From positions 179,924,001-179,988,000 of the forward strand of contig OZ024740.1 of NCBI GenBank assembly GCA_964016885.1: a stretch of 64,000 nucleotides of DNA, read 5' to 3'. Below the pieces are notes generated by a model. The model was not told the origin of the DNA. It was given only the letters and a program-made list of their open reading frames with translations, and searched no databases. The position numbers and the translations under genes were made by a program. This DNA comes from Eledone cirrhosa. Taxonomy: Eukaryota. This document shows, one piece after another, positions 50,944 to 64,000 of this stretch (position 1 is its first letter; every line of letters begins with the position of its first letter).

Positions 50944-51371
50944 GATATAGATATATAAATACGGCTCCTTAATTGTAGAGCTAACTCTGTTGAAAGGAAT
51001 TGACTGCTATTTCTAGTTGTCGAATACCTATTCACGCCACTGAGAGGAAGCCGCTGTGATGTGTAAAAACAACACGTGGTAGTGGCCATATTTACTCGCC
51101 GTGTAAACATGGATTGCTGGAATGTTGTTCTTCCTTGTTGATAATATCCACTTTCTGTGACTTACCATCTGATTAATTGGACAAATATATTTCTTTAATG
51201 AAATATATGCAGGGAAGATTAATCATTAAAAGGTATCTATTTTTGAAGTTCTAGTAACTTTATTTATTTGTTACCTACTAGCTGTGCGTGGTTACACGCT
51301 TGTAGAAATTATCTCCTGTGATTATTCATGTTTATATTTATTTATATATATGTTAATCAATTTCTAGTAGT

Positions 51372-51414
<43 letters not shown>

Positions 51415-51418
<4 letters not shown>

Positions 51419-52255
51419 AAGTGTGAAGAATAAGATGGTCAACAGTACAAAAAATGGTTTTATTTAGAGTATTAACAATGTTATGTTTGACACTGTCTTT
51501 ATTGTGTTGTATCAGATGAAAGAATGGTAATTAATTAATGTATTGGTACGCGATGGGGCTCACCCACAGCCCCGGCTGACATAATGGAGAAGGCGTTTCC
51601 CCGGAGGACGGCAAGTGAGACGCGCTGGAAAAGCCACTCCAACTCGCGGGGCTCACACCTGCGGCTGGCAAACTCAGCGCCTATGGTGGTGAGTAAGGAG
51701 GTAGCCCTGGGGCACAGGACACCAGAAGTTTCCACTGCCAGGGGAACGAACGCAAACATGTCGGAGAGCGATCGGTATTTGAGGAGTTTGGCCCACTCAG
51801 CCCATCGTGCAGCAGAACCTGGGTGAGTCACAGACTGCACCAGTTTGCGGCTGCAGAAAGTGTCGGTGCATATGGCATCCCTGACAAGGGGTTTGCCACC
51901 GCGGAACGGGAAGATGGTCATGCCATCTGGCCTTTTGTCGTCCCCTCGATCCAGCCCCACCGGCTAGAGCTTGGAAGGGAAGCCTGCAGCGTCCAAGCCA
52001 TGCTTAATGACCTCGTTGAGGGCAGTATGGCGTGGAATGCGGCCGGCACTGTGGCGACAGCAAAGTGGGTGGAGGCCGAAAGAGTCCACGATGGAACCGC
52101 AGCGACATTGGAGTGGCTGGCAGATCAGGAGGCCGAGCCTCAGGGAGGAGAGATGTCTGGGTGTAGCATGGAGAGCTGCGGAGTGCATAGAGGAGCTTCG
52201 GCATGGCGAAGCAGTTCCTCAGCAGAAACAGCTGGGTGGCCAGTCGGCTCGTGAG
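51415..52255 (-). mobile_element. CRE-clade non-LTR retrotransposon 3' fragment ending in (TA)n
   Basis: LRLG..C.CG..VD..GLHPLCC...GR..RH..LN; GLDR.D.KRPDG.T..P...GK.L..D..C.DT; FVPLAVET.G; LFQRVSLAVLRGNA. This is a CRE-type zinc finger and RLE. AATAAA then (TA)n downstream. Confidence 0.8.
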
Positions 52256-53157
52256 AGTCTATTGATTAGGATGTCTAAATAGTGCTAATCACTCGAACTA
52301 TAGAACATCCAGAGATAGGAAATACTTATGGTTCAATCCAATATTCAACTCCTCTATAAAAACCAAACTACCTTCTGCATTCTTTAAACTAATAGACAAA
52401 CACTTCCTTAAACTAAACAAATACCATAAAATCTTTAATAGAAAAACTATCAAACAGTTTTACTCTACAGCAGCCAACATAGAATCACGCATAAAATTAA
52501 CTATAAAATAATTCCATAACACCAAATACAAAACACAAACACATATCAACATCACAACCACACACACGTCAGAACGTATCACAACAAAACATCAACAAAA
52601 TTAAATCTCAGCCCATACATAACAGCATACAAAATCGCAACGGAGAACCTACACACAGGAAGGACTCCAAATGTAACTGACACTTAACTGATAAGTGCCC
52701 CCTACAAAATAGATGCCTGGAATCTAATATAGTGTACTATAAATTCGGGCAACTTAGCATGGTACTACATAGGTTCTACGGCTGGGCAGTTAAAAAAAAG
52801 ATGGTATGTTCACAGGTATACTATGAAGTACCGTAGACTAGAAAACACAACAACGCTGGCCAATAAAATCTGGCAGCTTAAGGATACAAACCCAGAATAC
52901 AGGATTAGCTGGTCGAAATTATCGGGAGGAAAAGCCTACATAAATGGAATGTCCCACTGTGGACTTTGCAATATGGAGCTGTTCCATATTTTAAAGTATG
53001 ACAAAATACTGCTTAACAGCAAAGAAGAACGATCAATTTTCTGTAGGCAAAAAGCAGCTACTAAATTCGCAAGTTTCAAACCAACATGATTCGACCCAAC
53101 AATCCCATAATTCAAGCTAAATCACCCAGAATCTAGTATAGTAAATACATACTACAT

Positions 53158-53315
53158 CCCATGCTTTAACGCATAGAGTTACGCCCCTTGCCATTCTGAG
53201 TTCAAATCCCGCCGAGGTTAACTTTGCCTTTCATCCTTACGTGGTCGATAAAATAAAGTACCAGTAAAGCACTGGGTAATTGCTGGCCTTGTGCCAAAAG
53301 TAGAAACAATTATTA
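53158..53315 (+). mobile_element. SINE inserted in the Penelope-like 3' region
   Basis: B-box, core and tail as in the other copies. Confidence 0.88.
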
Positions 53316-53877
53316 TAACTACATACCAACCGACTATTATTAATTGGCAACAGAACAACTAATCACTAAATCAACATCATAAACCTCCTAACCTTTCTTT
53401 CACTTTCTTTCACTTTCTTTCACTGTCTCTCCCTAAAGCTATTTCACCTCTTCCCTTGTATCCTATCCCGTATTTCTTAACCTCTAACCTAACTTCTAAT
53501 GTATTAATTTATCTTTTATATGTCATTTATAATTATATTCTTTCTTCCTACTCTAACCATCTATGATTTAACCAATACATATGTATATATTTAATATTTA
53601 TGTTCATATTAATAATATTCCTGGCCTCATCACATCTTTATACTTACACACCACTATAACGTTAAACACCACCACCACCACCACCACTACCACTATTTTC
53701 AACAATCATATTTTGTTCAAATATTTTTTCACGTATATATTTTTTTTACTTATTTTTTATCATCTTCATTCTAACTTCTTTATTATGTTTTTTTTTTCTT
53801 CTTTTCTTTCTTTATTATTGATGTTGTTATTTGAATTCTCCGTAGTATATATACAAATATCGAGTGTAATTCTGTCA

Positions 53878-53986
53878 GTTATTCCGATGATTTGATTAGG
53901 CATACACTGTATTTAAGATTGAGTGACACAACTTCGAGTGATTAGCATTCTTTAGACATCCTAATCAATGAAACCGTTGTTAATAC
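53878..53986 (+). ncRNA. Degenerate type I hammerhead ribozyme motif
   Basis: C(C)GATGA box at 53884-53890; 9-bp stem II TTGATTAGG/CCTAATCAA; GAAAC; short stem III; TATT/AATA stem I. Located in a Penelope-like pseudo-LTR, where such motifs are known. Confidence 0.6.
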
Positions 53987-54239
53987 TTTAAATGAAACCC
54001 TTCTTGTACTGTTGACCATGTTATTCTTCATTCTTTCACTATTATTACTCCAAGAATGACCTGCATGGGAATTCCCGCGAACTCGCCACCCAACTATGAA
54101 AACATGTTGTTGAGTCAAACAATACAGAGTACTCATAACCTCTAACTGGATTATCTATAACAATAATTTGTTATCCCATATATATATATATATGTTTATA
54201 TATACGAATATATATTTTTAAAAGATGTAAGTATGCATA

Positions 54240-54309
<70 letters not shown>

Positions 54310-54337
54310 CATATATATATATATATATATACATATA

Positions 54338-54620
54338 TATGTACGTATGGGTCATATCGAATATTAAAAATAATATACGATTCGTTTTTGTAAAAACAAA
54401 CGGCCCGATTAAAGCTGTGCCGTGCCGATGACAAATCGTCATCTGTTTGACCAATACTGGCATTGATGAACAATCAATATATTTATGGGTCATTACCCTT
54501 CATCAGGACTGTATACCTCTGCCAATCTTTCGAACGGCTGAAAATATATAGTATTTTCTTAAGTACACATCGGCTGAGTAGACTCATTTGCATACCGAGC
54601 GAGTTACGGCTGACCATGCC
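54338..54620 (+). repeat. Dispersed repeat homologous to 60170-60425
   Basis: Shared blocks GTACGTATGG..TTTGTAAA.CAAAC and CGGCTGAGTAG..CATTTGCATA.CGAG.G.GTTA. Confidence 0.7.
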
Positions 54621-54987
54621 GAAAACTAAAACTAAAATTAGAATTTTATTTCTAACCCGATATGTACTTACGAAAATACTATATATTTCCAACTGTTCAA
54701 CAGATTGCCAGATTCTCACCAGTTGAAGCCTGAAAAATCAATTAGGGCCTCGCCGAAAACGAAAGTGATTGTTTCAACCAATTCAAGCATGTTCTATAGT
54801 CATGATTAGATAATAATCTTTACACTATCATGAATACATTTTTAACATTTACCTTATCTGTGTTGTTTTATGTTGTGATTTATGACCCTCAACATATTTC
54901 AGACGTTAACGAAAATTTATAAGTAGAACATATTTAAATAAATAGGTACATAATTCTATATAATATCTTTACTACGCTAACTGGATG

Positions 54988-55049
54988 CTTCTTCTTCTTC
55001 TTCTTCTTCTTCTTCTTCTTCTTCTTCTTCTTCTTCTTCTTCTTCTTCT
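54988..55049. repeat. (CTT)n microsatellite
   Basis: Direct reading. Confidence 0.95.
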
Positions 55050-56105
55050 GTAGAAAATTCTAGAGTATCATGATTGTAAATGATTTCAAATCTCTTTAGA
55101 AATTTTCAAAACCATCCTATTATGATAAAAAAAAACATGCGATGCGTTCCCATACTATTGTTTTTAAATATATTGATGTGTTAACTACTTAGTATAAAAA
55201 GTCAGATTTCAAACAGTTACATGTATGTATGTTCTTCTGGTTTTATAATCTTATAATTTGTTACCAAGAGAGAGAGAGAGAGTCGGCTTCTAACATAGTT
55301 ACAAGAGTCCCTCATTGGGGAGGTAGTTATGTATTCATGGCTGCATGCATGAATGTGTATGCAAGTATGGATGTTAATCTATGTGTGGATGTACATGTTT
55401 TGAGTTTTATGTGTGCAGTATATATGTATCTGTACATTTGTATATGCTGTTATTAGAGGCAGAAGTTTGGGAAAGTTTTTCATATTTTTACTGTTCCAAT
55501 GATGGATTGTACTTGTAATTTCCTAACTAGTCGTGTTCTTTCTGTTTCTGTGAAGCCTGGCTTCACAAGATTTGTAGTTACTAGCATATCCCGGTGTCCC
55601 AATAATCACTATGTACGTATTTATGTATGTATGTATGTATGTATGAATGTATGATTTGCTTGGCCATTATTGCAGATTTCACCATCCTTAACTCTAAGGA
55701 ATCAACAATCCATTGAAACCATAAATTAATCAGCAGAGCATGTAAATATAGCCACTTAATGAAGGTGTGGGCATCCGTATGTATGTGTTCCTCTATAGGT
55801 ACTTAGTGTGAAAGTTTTTTATATATGCCTTTGTATTAATGTATTAATGTGTATATTTCTCTAAATATAGTTTTTACAAAGAATCCATGATCTTAAAATC
55901 CCTTGGACACCCCTATCACCACCTTCACCCATCCTTCTCACCATCTTCTCCTACCACCACAAAACGTATACATACCCCCATACCACAATGACAGTTGGCT
56001 CTCCTGAAATTTTCCCAGAGAGAAACAGTTCTAATTCTGTAGAAGAAATTTCTGTATTGAGCACCGTATTTACTGTAGATAATCTCGATCGAACCCGTGA
56101 TACAC

Positions 56106-56207
<102 letters not shown>

Positions 56208-56241
56208 CGAAGGAAGTGTGGTAAGGTATGGTAAGGAGGTG

Positions 56242-56278
56242 TAGGAAAGCGTTGTTTGCACACAATATACAAGACACA

Positions 56279-56315
<37 letters not shown>

Positions 56316-56349
56316 GTATTGTATATTGTGTGCAAACAACGTTTTCCTA
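56242..56349. repeat. Hairpin centred on (TA)n
   Basis: TAGGAAA.CGTTGTTTGCACACAATATACAA / TTGTATATTGTGTGCAAACAACG.TTTCCTA. Confidence 0.85.
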
Positions 56350-58956
56350 TGATATACATATAATATACAAACTAATATGGATGAAAATCTAATTAAATTA
56401 CCACTATTCCAAAAGTATATATTATTATATTAGAAAGATAATAAAAGCTACTGTTAAATCGTTCTTCTTAACAAGTGCACGATATATTTTCATTGGTTGT
56501 GTGTTTTTGTGTGCAAACATATGTTTGTATGTGTGGGTATGCGTGTATATAAGTGTATATGTGTGTGTGCATGTATGTAACGTATGTGTACATATATATA
56601 GTAACAAACAAAGTGTTTCATAGATTTCCTTTTTAAATTTAGCTTCTTTTTTATTACTATATTTAAAATATCCTTCGACTTAAATAAGATTTGTCCAGTC
56701 ACGTTATTTCAATCATCATTTGATTTTCCGCAAAGCTGCAAAAATAATAAGACCAGAATTTAGCTTAAACTCTTAAGAAATGCACGTAAACGAAAATATT
56801 AAACTTGATGAGTAAACCGAATAAATGTTAATAACATAGACATAGTAAAGTTGCAAAAAAGGAAAACGTTAAGGCAGCGCTGCTTGAGAGAATCTTTTAA
56901 TCATGTTTTGTAATGTTACTTAGACTTATTACAAATACATACATGAACGATATTTCAAATAATAAAATCTTTAAATTTTCATCTGTCAGAGTTTTCTCCT
57001 CGTCATCGTCATCTATATTAAATCTCTCATCTCAACTATCAAGACATTTATCACGGGGAAACACATGTCTAAATTTCATCTCATTTTGTTGCACATATCA
57101 CCACATATTACACACAAATCATCCACGCAAAAATGAAATATACATGTATGATATAATAATTGGTGGTACACAATTTCCGATAAAAGAGCTTGTTTATAGA
57201 ATAAATTGAATATATCTAAAGACATGTTTGCTTGATCAATGCGCGCTGGGACGAAACAACAATAACAATCTCAATGGCAGACATAACGCTGTTAAGAACA
57301 GCATTTAGCACATTGTCATTTGAATGACAATTTTTCTAAACTTTCACGTCTGTTTACATTTGTAGATGCTCAACGGCATCTTCCACTCGATGGACAGACA
57401 ACACTTTCAAATACATCTTTCTCAAATATGACATGTTGGCCTGTTTGAGATTCAATTTCAGCAATCAGTTAATATATGGGTATAATTATATGTCCATCAA
57501 TAATTTCGTTTCTTTCACACATGATGATTTTATACGAATCAATTGCAATTGCTTATTTTCCATTGAAATTAAGATTGTTCATATAAACGGGCAAACTGTC
57601 GTAATATCTTCTCAATATACTAAAATGTGTCACATCTCTATATCCTTTAAATGTCACTCATCCATTTGCATGAAAAAAAGAAAAGTTGTCAAGGGTCATA
57701 TGGTGATATGGTATGACATTCTAGGATCAATAAAGCGGACGGGCAGCAATTTACAAGCCTCAGATAATGCCATCCCAGCGCTGTATCGACTGCGAAGGAT
57801 TATAAAATAACCACCGATCCTCGGTCTGCAGAGCAAACCGAGCCAGCAACTACATGATCTTTTACTTCTTCTCAATGATCATACGCCCTATAATCAAGAT
57901 GTTCTCAGACGTGTGTAACAGAACAGAAGACTCCTCAGCAGAATCAACATGTGCAGCTAAACCCAGGATGTTGAAAACTGCATGGATGTATAATCAATAT
58001 ACCCATCTATAAACGTTGATTTTGTTGTGGGGAAATGCAAGGAAATGATCAGAGAGAGGAATGTGGTATTAAGAGAAGTTGACACTTAGTAACTGACCTT
58101 CGTCCTTAGACGTTCTTGTGAAAGAGAACATCTGGATGAATGCAAACTCAGCTGCTTCTGCCTCACAGACCTGTAAGAGGTAGAATACCCACCATCACTT
58201 AAATGGCTAAAAATAACCCCATTGAAAAATGGAGAGGTAGACTAGAGCCATTGGAACCAACGAAAACCACAACCAGTTGAGAAAATTCATCAAGCATGTG
58301 TTGGGAGCGAAAATTAAAACTACCATAAAGGACTATGTATTTATTTCGATAATAAAACATACGTCCAAGAGGATGGAGTGGCCATCGTCATCAGTATCCC
58401 TGGCGATGCGGCCAATCTGTTAATTGTGTGGTGGGACAGGATGCTCAAAGAACACGAAGTTGAGAATTCCATAGTCAAAGAAATGTAATATAGTAGTTAA
58501 AACTACCTGTAGTGTATAAGATGTACAGCGGGACGATGTAGAAACAAGAAAACGATATACATAGGTGATGCAGTCTGTAGAATAGGAGAGGAAACAAAGG
58601 TGGGGGGAACTTAAGGAGGGAGAAAGTTTATCAGTGCTATACCAACATGGCAATCTAGAACATAAAGGCTCTATAGATGACATAGAAATATAAATCCCAT
58701 CCACACATAGAAGTTACGCAACACGCAGACAAATTACAGAGGCCACACACATAATACAAGGTTGTCCCAGCCTCAAAAGAAAACACGAGTTGAATAGTAA
58801 CAGGACGCAACGTAAATGACTCTAGAAAATAGAGGTGATAAAAGAAACACACATCAAAATAGCATAAAATACAATACAACATACATATAATTGACACGTA
58901 GACATAGAAAAAAAAATAAAACACACACACACACACACACACACATACACCCCCCC

Positions 58957-58988
<32 letters not shown>

Positions 58989-59636
58989 CATACAGATGCA
59001 GGGGCGAATGCATGCGGAGACACGAAACACAAAAATCACACCAGAAAGAAAAAGAAACAAAGGTAAGATGGAGTAGAGTATTAAGACTAGGAAAGAGAGG
59101 AGGCACAAAACATATAATCATTGACGAGGTCAAAGAAAGTGTGACGAAAGAGTTTTGAAAATCGAATGAAAAACGGGCAATAAAGATAAAGATAAAATGA
59201 AAATGATATGGTCTGTGTGTTTCTTTCAATGGGCAATATTAGCAACATGACCAGACACAGATATAAACCCTCCCCCCACACACACACGCATATGTATATA
59301 TATATATATATATATTTGAGTATTATCTTAAATCTGTTGATTGACACTTACGGGTTCAACGCCTACTTTAGAATAGGTCACAGAAGCCCTCTATATGATA
59401 ATGCTGGCTGTCTTTCGGGCAACACTAGCTTATCTAGTGTATCTACGTCCAACGGAAAACTAGCGTTTGAAATCAAAGCTACAATGTAGCTGAGTTGAGA
59501 TATTTTTTATTACGATATATTTAGCTAAATGTATTTAACATCGTACATCCCCTTTCCATTACCGATTCGACGGAAACGCATGACATACACAAGACACACA
59601 CAAACATACACATATATATATATATTTACCTATAAG

Positions 59637-59937
59637 TATTGTTATAAATGGGGAGGGTCATATTTGTGTAATAATATTGCCAGGATTAATAACAGAACAC
59701 ACTCACTGTTTGGTTGGTTTTCGCCTGTGTCTTTTATATCAATGTTACCATTGACTGACCAATGGTCAAACATACAAATACAATATACATGGTCAATGGT
59801 AACATTGAGGACCGAATGAATTAAATTAACCGATATAAAAGACAAAGAAGCGAAAACCAACCAAACAGTGAGTGCTTTCTGTTATTAATTCTGGCAATAT
59901 TATTATACTAATATGACCCTCCCCAAGTATAACAATA
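59637..59937. repeat. Long inverted repeat with nested inner hairpin
   Basis: Outer arms ~59637-59740 and ~59832-59937. Inner stem CAATGTTACCATTGAC/GTCAATGGTAACATTG. Confidence 0.85.
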
Positions 59938-60086
59938 TTTGTTTCCACACACGATTTCATATCAAAAACCTCGCAAAACTAATTCATCACCGTTATACTT
60001 ATAAGTATATATGTATATATATATAAACGTAAAAAATGAAACGAAATTTCATTTCCCACTCTTAGTACGGCTGTTACGTAAATATA

Positions 60087-60612
60087 AGTATCTACACGCG
60101 TACATACATATATGTATACAGACGTACAGTAGTATGTATATATATATACATACTTGCACACATATATATATGTACGTATGGATTCACCGAACATTTATTA
60201 TAATGCTCGGTGTGTTTGTAAACAAACATCCCGTATTAAGCCGTAGTGTCCAGCAACCATCGTTGCTCGTTTGTTCAACACTGACAAAGGAACGCTGTAC
60301 TAGTTTCAAGCTTATTAGCTATCGTCAGCAACGTATACCTTCCTGCCAGATTGTTGAACGTATATACTTACCTTATGCATACTAACGGCTGAGTAGCCCA
60401 ATTTGCATATCGAGTGGGTTAATCGGAAACGAGCGACGATGGTTGCTGGACACTACGGCTTAATACGGGATGTTTGTTTACAAACACACCGAGCATTATA
60501 ATAAATGTTCGGTGAATCCATACGTACATATATATATATATGTGCATATATGTATATATATATACATACTACTGTACGTCTGTATACATATATGTATGTA
60601 CGTGTACATACT
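60087..60612. repeat. Long inverted repeat (~185-bp arms)
   Basis: 60087-60272 versus 60427-60612 are reverse complements, including their TA-rich outer parts. Confidence 0.9.
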
Positions 60613-60652
60613 AATATATATATATATGTTTGTGTGTATATATATATATATA

Positions 60653-60714
<62 letters not shown>

Positions 60715-60717
60715 GTT

Positions 60718-60790
<73 letters not shown>

Positions 60791-61543
60791 TAGCATGAAG
60801 GTAGAAATATTTTAAACATAAATATGTGAAAACAACATTATTTCCTGTTTCACTGGTCACACATGTTTTAATTTTTCCTCTTTACTTTATACGATACATT
60901 GAACTTGTCAATAAAATTAATAGTGCATTCAGCAGGAAATTGTTCATCGCATTGAAACTTTCAAGACCATCTGTGTTGATTTTAAGATGTTATGATTCAT
61001 AAATAATGAATATAATATGAGATTGCCCTCTTTCTCTCTTTCTGTCATCTCTCATCCACTCAACACAAACACAAACACACACACATACACAAACTAACAC
61101 ACTCATACACCCGCGCACAGAAAAGCTCCCCACGCCCTCGCACAGACATATATGTATGTATATATATATATATATATATAAACACACATATATATATATT
61201 TAGAGTTATTCGGAGTGTGTAACCGAAACTGCAAGAATGTGTATACACATATTTAATATGTTGGCTTGTAAACATATCGAGAAATACAAATTTAAACACC
61301 GTTAATCTTTATAACCCCCCACATATATAAATGTATAAATGTATATAACATAAAATTAAAATAAATATCGAATGACATGTATATATAAAATAAAACCATT
61401 AAACAATTACAGGGGATAATGTGTATATATCTATCTATCTATACATATATAAATAATAAAGAAAGTGCTGTAAGAAGCCAGGTGGACCATAACGCACAGA
61501 GTACTCGATACTTAGGGTAGTAGAGTGGGTTACTGGAAAGGTG

Positions 61544-61649
61544 TCAGGATCCCGATGGCTGAGCTCCGGCCGTTCCGATAGCAATATCCGAACAGCAAGA
61601 TCCGGACAGCAAGACAGCAAGATCCGGTGCTCAGCCATCGGGGTCCTGA
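61544..61649. repeat. GC-rich 26-bp-arm hairpin with internal tandem repeats
   Basis: TCAGGATCCCGATGGCTGAGC.CCGG / CCGG.GCTCAGCCATCGGGGTCCTGA; the loop has repeated ACAGCAAGA. Confidence 0.8.
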
Positions 61650-62007
61650 ATCTTCTCCTATATATATATATATATATTGTGCTATTATTGAAAAGTAGTA
61701 GGAGATGCCAATTAATAGGCGTTCGGATAATGTTTAGTGTCAATAACAACCATGTCGGGAAACTCACCTGTAAAGATGTAGAGAATATCGTTTATAGCTA
61801 TCAAATTATGACGGCATAGGTGGTCAGATATCTTTTAGCTGAATGGTGTGCGCAGTCGGTCAGAAACTCTATTTGATACTCCGCGCTTGCTACTGGCTAA
61901 TTTTCCTCATTCATAAGGTTATATTACCAAATGCAATAAGCTGTTACTTAAGCTAATCGACTGTAGTTACACTTACACTCTAGGTTTGGTAGTCGCTTTC
62001 TGTTCGC

Positions 62008-62072
<65 letters not shown>

Positions 62073-62076
<4 letters not shown>

Positions 62077-62759
62077 TGTAAGTCTGAAGAACTATTAGAT
62101 AACGTATATACTGTAATTCTTCACCTAATCACTATAAATAAACCACATAAAAACCATTTAAACGAGGCTATATGTTTAAAATGTACTTATGAAGAAATAA
62201 TAGACAAATGATACACATTATCTTCCGCGATGTACAGCCATATGACATGTATTCAACCAGCCTACTCGCCGACAGGCACCAATCACTAATGTTCTGCTTT
62301 GACAGCTGGCCACGTGATGGTTCTTAGCCATTTTGAATTCATTTCTGGCGGGGATCATGGTAGAAAAAAACAGTCCAGTCTGAGCTATCTTCTGAAGAAT
62401 TCCAAGCCTCGTGGATGTATCCAAGATCGGGTATATCCAAAACGTGGAACGAATCTACCGGTTGGTCGGGACTAGAGGAATTTTGGTAAAGTTTATGTGC
62501 ATATTTATTCAACCTTCTATTTTGTACCTAACTCCGTGCAGTTAACTATTTGTCTAGTCAATTTCTACAGGCTAAAATAAATAATTAAATAATTGTCATA
62601 TCGCGGAAGATAATGTGTATCATTTGTCTATTATTTCTTCATAAGTACATTTTAAACTTATAGCGACGTTTAAATGATTTTTTATGTGGTTGATTGATAC
62701 TGATTAGGTGAGGAAAGACAGTATATATTGTATCTAATAGTTCTTCAGACTTACAATTT
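62073..62759. mobile_element. MITE-like element with ~160-bp terminal inverted repeats (TIRs) in (TA)n
   Basis: 62073-62231 versus 62600-62759 are reverse complements. TA repeats flank both sides. The spacer is ~370 bp and more GC-rich. Confidence 0.75.
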
Positions 62760-62859
62760 TTATATATAGCTCTGATTAATGACTATTTGCTTAATTAATT
62801 CTTCATTGAGCCACACCGTGAAAGGTTGCCAAACTCATATATATATATGTGACTATCTC

Positions 62860-62894
<35 letters not shown>

Positions 62895-64000
62895 ACCCCT
62901 TTGAATATATACATATATATATAACACGCGCGTGTGTTTGTGTTCGTATCTTTTATTCCAGTCAATGATGTCTTATCAAATATTTGTTCTCTAAAACTGA
63001 TTCTGCTCTTAGAATTATATAGATTTCTGCTTCAGTTATATATCGAAAACCATGGTTGTATTTCTTGGTTAATACCTTTCGTTTGAGGGGATATTCAACA
63101 GCACATCCCACATAAATATCATATGAAACAATTATGCCAATTTCTCATGACTGAGATATAATTATTAACAAGGAAATTGTTATTATGTATACTAAGCGTT
63201 GATGCAACACTAGCGAGAACTAAAAATAATTTAGCATATTATTTATATTGTACACAATGCGGATGAATATTTTCTTATATAGAATGTTAAATACCGTTGA
63301 AAATATCAATCGTTCTTTTTAAATGCCACACCATATATGATCATAATATACAAACCGCTATTACGTAATGTGTACACAGACTCAGGGGTAATTCTCTGCA
63401 TTTTGACAGCCATGTATCCGGTTTTAATTTTCAGTATAGGGTAGCTCATATGAATTTCTTTTATGAACATCCATTCTTAGTTTTTAAAATATATAAACAA
63501 ATGTTAAGTAGCAGATTATATCAACTCCTGACAGTAAACTAATTTTCTTGATCAGATTCACACAAAAGATGAATATAAGCGACAGCATCAACATTTCATA
63601 ATACATAAGAAATAAAGATTTATGGAGTATAAAACTGATTATTTTGCTACAAATGATAGAAAGTTTGTGTTAAACAGTATAATAATTGTTCTCCTTTAAT
63701 TTGTTTTGAGAAAATGTTATTACTTTCGGAGAAAAGAGGACACTTTAAGCTGGAATAGAATGAAAAGAATATAAAGATGATAAATACACGCTAGAAGCAA
63801 ACAAATATTTATAATTACATAGAGATATAAATAAATAAGTTGAAGCGAATCTAGAAATTATAAATGGTCATTTTAGTGACAGCAGAATTGGAAAATATAT
63901 ATTTATGGTCATGTTCCTAACTCTGGTTGAAATGTAATTGGTTAATAAAAGGTGATTTATTAAAGATACATTCTATACAATACTCATAGTTTATAAATTA

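Larger units (their letters stand above)
52258..54140 (+). mobile_element. Penelope-like element remnant (RT C-terminus + GIY-YIG, pseudo-LTR)
   Basis: WFNP.F...IKT....FFKLIDKHF....YHKIFNRKTIK..YS; YIGST..; TTLANKIWQLK....Y.ISW....CGLC..E..I....LLNSKEE...CR. An inverted copy of the pseudo-LTR at 52261-52298 matches 53933-53969. Confidence 0.8.

Overview
AT-rich, microsatellite-laden animal genomic DNA. It is probably an octopod cephalopod, inferred from the dominant tRNA-derived SINE carrying a Nin/Deu-like core; this was not verified. No host protein-coding exon is recognisable. The window has three parts. (1) 1-7.6 kb: SINEs and two abutting Helitron-like elements. (2) About 7.6-44.8 kb: a dense array of non-LTR retrotransposons from two unrelated clades, APE-type Tx1/L1-like (ORF1+ORF2) and RLE-type Dong/R4-like. 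Both are anchored on (TAA)n/(TTA)n tracts in consistently opposite orientation. The array includes one intact 1213-aa Dong-like ORF, a Dong-head/Tx1-tail chimera or inversion breakpoint, and a conserved 52-54 nt GT-AG candidate micro-intron that would fuse Tx1 ORF1 to ORF2 in frame. (3) 45-64 kb: non-coding DNA with a CRE-clade fragment, a Penelope-like remnant with a degenerate hammerhead ribozyme, and a cluster of mutually unrelated long inverted repeats embedded in (TA)n. All assignments come from motif recognition by eye; no searches were run.
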